A stretch of DNA of 64,000 bases. Origin: Selaginella moellendorffii. Lineage: Eukaryota; Plantae; Lycopodiophyta. The notes below the pieces were generated by a model that saw only the letters and a list, made by a program, of their open reading frames with translations, was not told the origin of the DNA and ran no database searches. The stretch spans positions 821,702 to 885,701 of the forward strand of contig NW_003314291.1 in assembly GCF_000143415.4 (NCBI RefSeq), written 5' to 3'. Position numbers and translations under genes: made by a program. This document shows positions 1-11,400 of the stretch, in pieces. Numbering within the stretch: position 1 is the stretch's first letter; each line of letters starts with the position of its first letter.

Positions 1-1309
1 ATGCAAGCGCGAGTGGACGTCGATGCACACGAGAAACCTGTAGAGAAGTGAGCGTGATCGCGAGTGGGAGCGCGATGCGAGCGCGAGCGCGAGTACAAAG
101 CAAAATGCAAAACCTAACCTCACACGCGCGAAATGTCACAACGGTTGGTAATCCCGCCACGTCATCATTCCTCGGACTTGGGCGCCACCATTAATTTCTG
201 GATTGCCGCGCGCATGCAAGCACGCAAAATCCAAAAGAAATCCGCAACGTCATCATTCCTCGGACTGCATGCACGCGAAATCCAAAAGAAAGATCATGAT
301 TGGGATATCATTTAATACCCTCGCTATATTTATACCATGCATGATTGGATATTCCAAAGCATCTTGTATTTCCAAAAATGGCAGATGTTCAGCTAAATAA
401 AGAAATTCTATCTGTTTCTATTTTTCTCTCAAATCAATATTATAGCGTGTGGGCTCATGCAATTTTGAACCAAAGAAACCCAAAAAACGTTGGACCCAAA
501 ATATTTTGAAAAAACCCAAAAAACCCTAAACATTTTAAACCCAAAAATCCAGGCGTCCTGTGGCGTTATTCCTTGAATGGCGTGTGGGCGCATGCCATTT
601 TCAGGGCCAAATGCTGAATGGAGAAAAATTCCCTTTCAGTGCAAATGCTGCAAGAGGCAGATGCCGAGCACAAAGGACTGTAACTACCTCACATGACACA
701 GATAAACTTTTCTCTATTTGGCAAAGATAAACTTTATAGCGTGTGGGCTCATGCAATTTTGAACCCAAAAAATGCACCAAAAAATTCTCGGCGTCATCTG
801 GCGTTATCTCTTGAATGGCGTGGGGCCGCATGCCATTTTCAGGGGCACATAGGAGTATATTCCTAGGATATTCTGACACGCGCGAGATTTTTTTGAGTTT
901 TCTGGAGATCCAACCGTTAGATCGCAACTAAATTTTACAGAATGGTATACAATGTCTTTCTTGATGACCCTGCAAAGAAGCATCTCAATCGGACACCACA
1001 TGAGACCACACGAGCCTTACAATGTTTCAGGGGCATTTGCCATAGATCCGACCGTTATTTTGCTCCAAGATTTTACAGTTTGGTGTGCATTGACCTTTGC
1101 ATCGAAACTGCAAAGGGACATCACAATCAGATGCGGGATCACAAGAAACTAACTTCACTAACTCTGGTTTCACCAAGATCTACGTAAGGAGTTATGAAAT
1201 GAAAGGACCCTCTCTATTGAAATGTGTTTATGGTCCTAGGGGCATTGTGACATATCAAAGGATTTTGCATCAAGTTCTGTATTTGCATGTTTATCAAGCT
1301 ACTGAATTG

Positions 1310-1343
1310 CTAAACCCTAAACCCTAAACCCTAAACCCTAAAC
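1310..1343 (+). repeat. Interstitial plant telomeric repeat (CCCTAAA) x about 4.5
   Basis: ctaaaccctaaaccctaaaccctaaaccctaaac. Confidence 0.9.
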
Positions 1344-2611
1344 ATGTGGCAAATGCTGCGTGAAGAAAGATGCCCTTTCTGGGCAAATGCTGTAAGAGGC
1401 AGATGCCGAGCAGATGTATCTCAGGCTAGCGAAGGGGACGAACGAAAGCTAGCTATAAACATGACGGGATGCAAATAGATTACTAGGCTGGTCCTACGAA
1501 AATCAAAAACCATAATTGAAAACATTGAAAATGCAAAAAGAAAGGTTTATAATATTTTTGAATTTTAGGCAACCAAAGGAATGTAAGTAGGGCATGTGTT
1601 TGTAAGTTTAAAAATGCCTCAACCACTTAAATTCCCAAGTAAATAAAGCTGTTTCTATTTTTGGTACAGGTAAACTTTATAGCGTGTGGGCTCATGCAAT
1701 TTTGAACCCAAAAATGCACCAAAAAATGCTCGACTAGCATTATTCTTTGAATGGCGTGTGGCCTTATGTCGAGCATTATTCTTTGAATGGCGTGTGGCCT
1801 TATATTGCCATAAATGGACGTATACACACAGCGTAATTATTCCTTTACACGGCGAATAATCTTGGCGCGGATCGCTGACATGGCATGGCAAAGTTCGAAT
1901 CACTGACATGGCACAGCTGGATCGAGGCAAGGACATGATGTGACAAAGTTCAACCTCCGACAGCAAAGTCTAGAAGCTACTCAGTTTGAAATTTGTCAGA
2001 GGAATCATAAGATCTGGTTTGTCAGAGGATTTGATGTGACGTTCAAGCGTGTGTTATTTTTGAATTCTCGAACTCATTCCTAGGTCTATCATTTTTGTGC
2101 GCCGTGTTCTTGGTTCCGCTGAGCGCAGTGAGCGCTGCTTGTGTAAGCGGCGTTGTGGGCTGTGGTTTATGCGTCTACGAGCGGTTGCGGCATTGCGAGC
2201 GCCATTGCGAGCGGCAGTTTATGCGAGTGGCAGTTTGTGCGAGCGGCGCTACGAGCAGTTGCGGTGTTGCGAGCGGCGCTACGAGTAGTTGCCTTGCTGC
2301 AATTGTATATATTTTTGTATGGGTAACTAGCCACGCACACAAAAATATATACAGTTGCAGCAAGGCAAAAGGAATATGGCAACAGGCTAGCAGGGGCCAA
2401 AGATAGCGTGAGGCCTCATGCCATTAGTGGTACCACTAATGGCATGAGGGCTCATGCCAATTTTGTGAATGCGAAATTTCACGTGGGTGTCAATAGCATG
2501 TTTGAATAATGGCATGTGGCCTCATGCTATTGAGGTTGTTTGGTATGTTATGATTTAGGCCATTCTCCAATCATTTTTTGTATGGTCTTAACTTCTTTTC
2601 TGCACTTTCAG

Positions 2612-5600
2612 AATAGCCTTCAGGGTTGGGGAAAAGGTTTACATTTTGAATGGTGGGAAGAGAGTTGCAAAAGGGACCCTTGTGTCTATGGATCGGAACT
2701 TTGTTATACACTGTGAAAGGCTTGGGGAAGGCAATGCTGCTGTATCAGTAGAGACTGTCTTCGATGGGAATGTGGTCGCTATTGAACGAGGAGAGATGGT
2801 CGTCGGGGTAAATGTTGTTGTTGCCTTGAAAAATCTTCAGAAGAAAGCAGATGTTGGGGACAGCGCAAGTGCGACGCATGTTCCCTCCGTGGATCTTAAG
2901 AACCGTGCTACATGGATTCAGGCAAAAGTGTTTCTAAACAACCCCGAGGGGGAGGTGGTAGCTGAGGGCTTAGCCACAGTTGTCGATCCAAGAGATGCGG
3001 TTGCTAATCAAGAATTGGGCTGGGATGATATTGGAGTTGCGATTTTAGAGGTTGTTGACACAGAAGAAAACAGTCTGACTATTGGAAGCATTGTGCGGTG
3101 GAAATTGAGGCACTTAGTGTTTGAGAATGTGAAGGATTCACAATCAAACACCACTACAACTGATGACAGAACATCTCTTCATGGGAAAAGAAAGTACACC
3201 TTCCTAAAGCGCAGCCAAAGGGATCTGAGCAACGAACCGAAAAGGCAGAAAATGGCGATGGAGGTTCGAATGGTCTCGACAGTTGCTTGTTGCAAGAGGA
3301 GGTGCTGTCAACATGCTGATTGGGATGCTATTGAAGAGGAGAGAGCAAGATACAAGACATTGTCCTGGAAGGCAGCTCGCAATTTTGTGTATGAGGCATT
3401 ACGGTCATCTGTTGATGCTTCAGAACATCAGGTGGGGGGCATGGTCTTCCAGAGGGGTTTGGTCTGCATGAAGGCATGGAGAATCATTTATGGAGTCCCT
3501 CGAAGCACATTCTACAGAATCAAAACTGAGTTCGAGGAACAAAGGGTTCAACAGGCAGTCCATGGGAACGACGGTACGCACAAAACCAGGGGTCATGTTG
3601 TATATGGAGAGGCAATCTTCAAGAGGTTAGTCGAGACATGTAGCGAGCAGCAACCACATAAAACCCGACTCTTGGAAGATGGAACACGAGAAANNNNNNN
3701 NNNNNNNNNNNNNNNNNNNNNNNNNNNNNNNNNNNNNNNNNNNNNNNNNNNNNNNNNNNNNNNNNNNNNNNNNNNNNNNNNNNNNNNNNNNNNNNNNNNN
3801 NNNNNNNNNNNNNNNNNNNNNNNNNNNNNNNNNNNNNNNNNNNNNNNNNNNNNNNNNNNNNNNNNNNNNNNNNNNNNNNNNNNNNNNNNNNNNNNNNNNN
3901 NNNNNNNNNNNNNNNNNNNNNNNNNNNNNNNNNNNNNNNNNNNNNNNNNNNNNNNNNNNNNNNNNNNNNNNNNNNNNNNNNNNNNNNNNNNNNNNNNNNN
4001 NNNNNNNNNNNNNNNNNNNNNNNNNNNNNNNNNNNNNNNNNNNNNNNNNNNNNNNNNNNNNNNNNNNNNNNNNNNNNNNNNNNNNNNNNNNNNNNNNNNN
4101 NNNNNNNNNNNNNNNNNNNNNNNNNNNNNNNNNNNNNNNNNNNNNNNNNNNNNNNNNNNNNNNNNNNNNNNNNNNNNNNNNNNNNNNNNNNNNNNNNNNN
4201 NNNNNNNNNNNNNNNNNNNNNNNNNNNNNNNNNNNNNNNNNNNNNNNNNNNNNNNNNNNNNNNNNNNNNNNNNNNNNNNNNNNNNNNNNNNNNNNNNNCA
4301 AAAGAAAGAAAGACGGCATTGCAGCTAATGCATGCTGTTATATAAGCTTGTAACCACCCTTTTGGCATAATCGCTCATGGGCATGGTGCCCAAAACTATG
4401 GGAACTTCTTTGTACCTCTATGGGGTGGCGGGGGTGCAAACATGATGATTGCGTCCCTAGCAAAACACTTAAGGTCTCTGCAAAGTGCGCAGACTGAGCT
4501 GAACGGCCAACCCTTGCATAAGGCCCTTGTCGATCGAACCCCATACAGGGTTCAGCTGGAGGAGGAGCAAAGGCTTGCAGTATCGCGTGGGGCCCCATGC
4601 CATCCCAGTGAATATGTTGGCCGTCAGATTGTAGGGTTATCACGTGAGGCCTCATGCCATTCCGACGAGGCTGGTCGCCCGGTGAATGCACAGCCTCATC
4701 CAAACGAAGCAGAATCTCAAGGAAGTTCTTGCGGCCGATGTGGCCTTCCACCCCATCTTCTGCTCCAAACAGACAATGCTGGCAGTGAGAACAAAAACAT
4801 GTACGTCTTCGCGTACTTGGCGATGCTTGTTGCCAAAGGCATATTTGAAACGGTTACACTTGGCTTTCTCATGGTTGGGCACACTCATGAAGACGTCGAT
4901 GCCATGTTCAGTCACCTGGCAGAGTCCCTCCGGCGATCCAATGTCCTCACCCTCCCACAACTCTACGATGAATTCCAAAATTGCATCAAAGGCACTGTTG
5001 AAGCTGCACTTCTGACAGAGGTTCCAGACTTTAAGGGGTTTGTAAGAGGCTACATCAGGGATGGATCCGAAACGCTGATTGGCCACTCCAAGCCTCTTCA
5101 GTTTCATTTCAGCATGTGTGACGGTGCTCCAGTGATGAGGTACAAGATGAGAGAATGGGACACAGTGTGGCTGCCAGTGGACGGCATTGAACTCTTCAAG
5201 AGAGATCCCATAACTGGGGAACCTATGATTCCTCAAGGTTCCCCACGGCCGATGCACCCGGATGGACTCAAAGACCAGGAAAGTATAGTGGCCGGGATTA
5301 GACAGCATATTGCCTTCTGGAAGAGGGGGTTGGTGTTTGGTGGAGAATCCTATTTTTAGAGGTGCAAGCCTTTGCTCGAATACTGGGAGAAGATTATATC
5401 TGCTATCCAAAATGGGCCGGTTGTATATGAAGAATTGGAAGAGTCCTTTTGGCCAGAACCCAGAGCACCAGATAGTAGCGGAACAATGTCCTCTGGAAAT
5501 GCAGTGACAGATAACGATGTTGAGGATCACTATTGTGGGCCGAGGAACAAGAAGCCGGATTCAGCATTCAATCCAGTACAGGTCTGCAAAGGAATGGTCG

Positions 5601-5908
5601 TGCTTGTCAGACCCAGTAATAAAAAACAAATGATATGGGTGGGGCGCTGCATCACTGATGCAGAGGAGGACGCAGAAACTAACTCCTTCAATGTAACTGT
5701 GGAGTGGTTCAAGCCAAGTTCCGGATATACGAAGGATTGCCTAGAAAAGAGATGGGTGTTGAATCCAAGGGATCCCAGCATGAGCATATTGGTGGATAAT
5801 GTTGTGCATGGTTGGATGCGGAAGCAGAGTGCCACCATCACCTTGCCAGACCATGCAAGAGATGCAGCAAGAGCATTCATAACCCGGGTTCAAGGTGAGA
5901 TTCATTAA
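2612..5908 (+). mobile_element. Decayed DNA transposon transposase gene, Sola1-like / DUF7869-type DDD transposase
   Basis: ORF 4442-5359 contains LLLQTDNAGSENKN...FLMVGHTHEDVDAMFSHL, matching the Sola1/DUF7869 signature DN-x3-NKN...GHTH-x-D. It is preceded in frame by GIIAHGHG at 4364. The pre-gap ORF has CCKRRCCQH and an HTH-like segment (AWRIIYGVPRSTFYR). An in-frame TAG at 5357-5359 is followed by a same-frame continuation to 5908. An N-gap covers 3693-4298. Element termini were not identified. Confidence 0.75.
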
Positions 5909-7530
5909 TATTCCTTTACTAAGTTTCTAATGTATTTTATTTCAAGGTGAACAATCCGAATCTGAATCAGAGGAGGCGTGATGGCATGTGGCCTTACGCC
6001 ATTCCTAGGTGAGATGATACAAATCACAAGTATAAATTCTTAGTTGTTCTAGCAAATCTTACTTAAAGTTCAAGGTGAACAAGCCGAATATGATTCATCG
6101 GATTGTTATAACAAATTGCGAGGTGATGGCATGAGGCGATACGCCATTTGAGAGTGGTAGCCATTCCTANNNNNNNNNNNNNNNNNNNNNNNNNNNNNNN
6201 NNNNNNNNNNNNNNNNNNNNNNNNNNNNNNNNNNNNNNNNNNNNNNNNNNNNNNNNNNNNNNNNNNNNNNNNNNNNNNNNNNNNNNNNNNNNNNNNNNNN
6301 NNNNNNNNNNNNNNNNNNNNNNNNNNNNNNNNNNNNNNNNNNNNNNNNNNNNNNNNNNNNNNNNNNNNNNNNNNNNNNNNNNNNNNNNNNNNNNNNNNNN
6401 NNNNNNNNNNNNNNNNNNNNNNNNNNNNNNNNNNNNNNNNNNNNNNNNCCAATCACACGTGCATAAATCTAATAATATGGCGTGTGGCCCATATTAATGG
6501 CACATAAACCCATATTGTGGGCTTACGTGCTTTATGTACCATCATTCCCTTGCAACGTGTGTGTTGGTTTCCTTTTATAACACAACGAACTCCATATTTT
6601 AGGGTGAAGAGCGTTCTCATGGCAAGCACAAAATCTGTAAGTGAGGCAGAAAAGGAGACGGAGAAGGAGATAGGTGAAGATGTAGAATATATAAGTCTTC
6701 CAAACTCCCCGTACTATACTCCAGGTGATCATTTTTCTGAACAAACGGCAACATTAACAACTATCGAGAACGCCCCAGTAACGTCAGAGACAACAATCCA
6801 AAGCAAAACAACTGACCCGGAGAAGGATGATAGTACCGCTGAGAGTACCAAAAAGGAGGTGTCCACTAGCGCTTAGGCTTATAATGGCGTGTGCCCTCAT
6901 GCCATTTACTTGATCACCAAATACCTTTTTCCCTTTGCACTAGTATATCTTAATACCGGTCTGAGAAATAGAATGGCATGTGCCCTCAGGCCTTTTACTA
7001 AATCACCTTTGAAAGAAATGCAAGCCTCTATGTCGTAAAAAAAAGGTACTAGAGAAATTCCTTAATAATATGAATGTTATTTAGTTTCATGAAAATACAC
7101 TAAGGGTCAAATGAGTTAAATGACTTCTCCAGACTAGCAATGCCTCTTGCTACACCTTCACAATTAGATTCGTTAGAAAAAGATAACATTGAATAATATC
7201 TAAATGTTCTCACCATTAAGTTATATGTCTGGCTAATAGGAATGATGTTCATCTTGGAAAGCTCACCACACGCTCAATGAACAAACAAATAGTGTGTGCG
7301 CGCATGCCATCGCTCTTCTTTAGCTTCAGATTCGGCTTGTTCACCTTGACAATGAGATTTATTATACAACTAGATGGACTCAGTCTGGACATAAGGTCAC
7401 CGCGCTAGTCACCATGCCCCAGATATGTCTAGCCCCTGGACAAAAAACATATAATTTCACGTCATTTTCAAATACTTGAAAATTTGTACCTAGTCCCATT
7501 TTACTGAATAAATCCCACTTTAACGAAATA

Positions 7531-7998
7531 GAGCTTCTTTGGGTTTGAATAGTATTGGGTTGGGTGACTTCCCAAAAAGTCCAAATTCAAGAGTTTATAT
7601 TTGGTATCAGAGGCATCTTACATCTGACTTTATTGGTTAGCTAAGAGAATCACACCACATGTTGATTGACATCTGGTAAGTCCAATTTGCTCTAGCTAGG
7701 CTTGATCCGAAGGGTAGGGTGTCAAGAGAGTGGGGTTCTCGGGAGAGTTGTGACTCTTAGCTTCCATTCAAGAGGGCGTGAACTTGTAGGGAAGCGTAGT
7801 GAATTGTAAGCAACCAAAGAGAACAACTTGAGAAACGATCTATGGGGTTTAAATATAGAGGGAAAGGGCTCATGAACAAAAGTGCACCCTTTTTTCTAAT
7901 TGGTTAAAAGTCTTGGGATACTTGGGCTTAAGTCTCCTTGGGTTTAAATAGTATTAGGCTGAGTAACCTTTCGAGAAGTCTAAATTTAGGAGCTTACA
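7531..7998 (+). mobile_element. Degenerate Cassandra-like TRIM (non-autonomous LTR element with 5S rRNA-derived LTR core)
   Basis: The 3' LTR at 7805-7998 is bounded by TGTAAGC...GCTTACA. A truncated 5' LTR copy at about 7531-7599 is followed by the tRNA-iMet PBS TGGTATCAGAG (7602-7612). The internal region is about 200 bp and purine-rich just before the 3' LTR. Both LTR copies carry a 5S-like core (ttggg...tagtattaggctgagtaacct...gaagtc and tagtattgggttgggtgactt...aagtcc). Confidence 0.75.
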
Positions 7999-8300
7999 AA
8001 GGGTACATATCCAAGATCGTCACTTCATTTAATGGACGATAGTCAATGTAAAAACAAATACTCCTATCAAATTTCGTCATAAGATGAGGTTCACATGCCC
8101 AAGGACTCTATGACTTTCAAATAACACCCTTTTCCAACATCTCCTTAACATTTGCATATAAAATTTTGATTTCTTTGGGTGATGACGATAAATAGGAACT
8201 TTGATTGGACAAGCATCCCCGGTTGGAATCGAATAGTATGTGGCAATCTTGGCCCCAGATGATAGGTCAAATTCAAAGAGATCGGTATACTCTTTCATGA
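7999..8300 (-). mobile_element. Ty3/gypsy pol (reverse transcriptase N-terminal) relic
   Basis: The minus strand reads EYTDLF..IPTGDACPIKVPIYR, then VKEMLEKGVI*KS*SPWACEPHLMTKFDRSICFYIDYRPLNEVTILDMYP, a decayed version of the gypsy SPW...DGS.RFCIDYR.LN.VT..D.YPLP motif. Stops and a frameshift are present. Confidence 0.85.
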
Positions 8301-8612
8301 GCCAATCAACCGTTACAACACAAAGACTGTCAGAGGGATCGGAAAAGGGAAAAGTGGAACAAAATAGAAACGTAGGAAGAAGTAGTGGGGAGACAAAATT
8401 AATAGAAGCAGAGTGTAGTGCATGTGATCATGGGACGAGATTTGGATATATTATCACCGTGGATCCTTGGAACCTTGGGGGATAAATGGGGATAAAAATA
8501 GCCACTAAGGGCTCTCTCATCAAGCAATTGCCCCTTTTTCAGTTGGCTTAAGGGGAGAGAGATAGAGTGCACTATATGTGGTATCGGAGCAAATGGCACG
8601 GGTTCGATTCCC

Positions 8613-9170
8613 ATTAATTGGTGGCTTCTTAAAAATATAATATACCCTTGAGTAAGGTATATTCTTACCCCTAAATTTGAAATTGTATGTATTGAACATC
8701 CATGCATACATCTTTCCTCTTGTGTTGCGTACATCTTTCCTCTTGTGTGGAGCATCTACAGACAGTATCAAGGTCCCAATGTGTGGAGCATCTACGGACA
8801 GTATCAAGGTCCCAAGGTATCTACCATGGGACTGCAATATGGGATTAATGGCTTCTTAAAAATATAATATACCCTTGAGTAAGGTATATTCCTACCCCTA
8901 AATTTGAAATCGTACATATTGGACATCCATGCGTACGTCCTTCCTCTTCTGTGGAGCATCTACGGACAGTATCAAGGTCCCAAGGTATCTACCATGGGAC
9001 TGCAATATGGGATTAATGGCTTCTTAAAAATATAATATACCCTTGAGTAAGGTATATTCCTACCCCTAAATTTGAAATCGTACATATTGGACATCCATGC
9101 GTACGTCCTTCCTCTTCTGTGGAGCATCCACGAATGGTATCAAGGTCCCAAGGTATCTACCGTGGGACTG
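8613..9170 (+). repeat. Tandem array, about 168-bp unit x3 (first copy has internal duplications)
   Basis: tggcttcttaaaaatataatatacccttgagtaaggtatattc recurs at about 8622, 8849 and 9017. Confidence 0.9.
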
Positions 9171-9229
9171 TGGTACGGGTGGATGACTAATTGACTCACA
9201 TGGAATAGCTGATCTACACAATGGAAGGA

Positions 9230-9875
9230 TTGGTAGATTCAATATGGAAATGAAAGTACTAAATGAGGACATTCAGTAGGGGTTGTTAGTCAATAGTCAA
9301 TGAGTTCCCCTTGGCTCAGTATTGGTAGATTTAGTGTGGAAATGGAGGTACTAAATGAGGACATTCAGTAGGGGTTGTTAATCAATAGTCAATGAGTTCC
9401 CCTATAGGGGCAATAGCCAATGAGTTCCCCTTGGCTCAGTAAGAGTTGTTAGTCAATAGTCAATAAACTACAACCCAAACTTGAAATCACCCACATGCAC
9501 AACTAGGTCTGCCTCAATCCATAACAAAGATGAGGTCAAAATCTTGATTTGACACCACCTGCAATGACTACAACCCAAACTTGAAATCACCCACATCCAC
9601 AACTAGGTCTGCCTCATACCATGCATATGCCTGTGCATATGCATGTGTACGGCCGTTACCATAAAAAATAAAAACTTGCTCCACCGCATGACGCAAGTGT
9701 AGATGGCAACGTGTGGCAACAGATCAAGCAATAGAAGATAAATTGAAACCTATATTAACCAACGCGGAGAGAATAATAGAAAACCTCTTATTATAGAAAT
9801 AAGCAATAGAAGATAAATTGAAACCTATATCAACAAACACGGAGAGAATAATAAAAAACCTCTTATTATAGAAAC
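9230..9875 (+). repeat. Cluster of short tandem duplications (about 90-bp, 81-bp and 75-bp units)
   Basis: aaatgaggacattcagtaggggttgtta x2; actacaacccaaacttgaaatcacccacat x2; aagcaatagaagataaattgaaacctatat x2. Confidence 0.85.
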
Positions 9876-10629
9876 AAACTTGGAAAGTAAACATTGAATG
9901 AATTAGTGCCAAGTGAACCCTTTAATGATACTCCGAAAGAAAGATGGAATGCTTCAGAGTCAAAGGAGGAGATTGCTACTCTCCCATGAAGATGAATAAA
10001 AGAGAAAGAGCGAAAGAAGAGAAATGAAAAAAAAGTTAAAAGGAAAGGGAGATCTAGACAATGCACAAGCTAGATCTAAACCAAAATCATGAAAGAAAAG
10101 AACAAAAGAAAGGAAATGGAAAAAACTAAATTTAGACAATACAAAAGCTAGATCTAAACTAAAATCCTAAATCCAAGCACTCCTCAGGGACAATCAAAAG
10201 TGTCCTTCAACTACACCAATATGAATGCATCGAATATAGAAAGGAAATATAGAAAATGTGTATATTAATTAGCTCAAAAACCCTAATTTATATACAAGAG
10301 CGAATGGTCCAGATTGAAATTAATCTGACACCTACCAAAATCCCATATGCTAATATTAATATATGGCATTGTAACTATACATTTAGACCTCACAATCTAT
10401 ATTAAGTTTCTCTTGGTTTTATGAATACCACTGATAACATGAATATAGGAAGTAGACTCATTCTCAACTTTTTTTCCTTTTTAAATCCTCTCTTTTGTGT
10501 GATTGCTTTCTTTTTGCTCTTTAAATATGATCAAATAGATATGATATCTATCATATAGATACTATATTTTTATATCTATCATACCATAATTATATGATCA
10601 TATGAATAATAACAGCTAAAACCTTCATC

Positions 10630-11400
<771 letters not shown>

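Larger units (their letters stand above)
442..7310. repeat. Dispersed 22-bp imperfect palindrome, ideal form ATGGCATGAGG|CCTCATGCCAT, about 18 copies
   Basis: Copies read by eye start at about 442, 577, 736, 815, 1679, 1751, 1787, 2403, 2439, 2509, 4582, 4639, 5981, 6126, 6477, 6884, 6973 and 7289. Confidence 0.9.

Noticed and set aside
3619-6507. ORFs spanning N-runs (3693-4298, 6170-6448)
   Set aside because: Their length comes from assembly gaps.
442-7310. CRISPR-like array from the palindromic 22-mers
   Set aside because: Spacing is irregular (tens to thousands of bp), the context is eukaryotic and there are no cas-like ORFs.
7927-7980. Functional 5S rRNA gene
   Set aside because: Only the internal promoter part is present, it is degenerate and it is embedded in an LTR.
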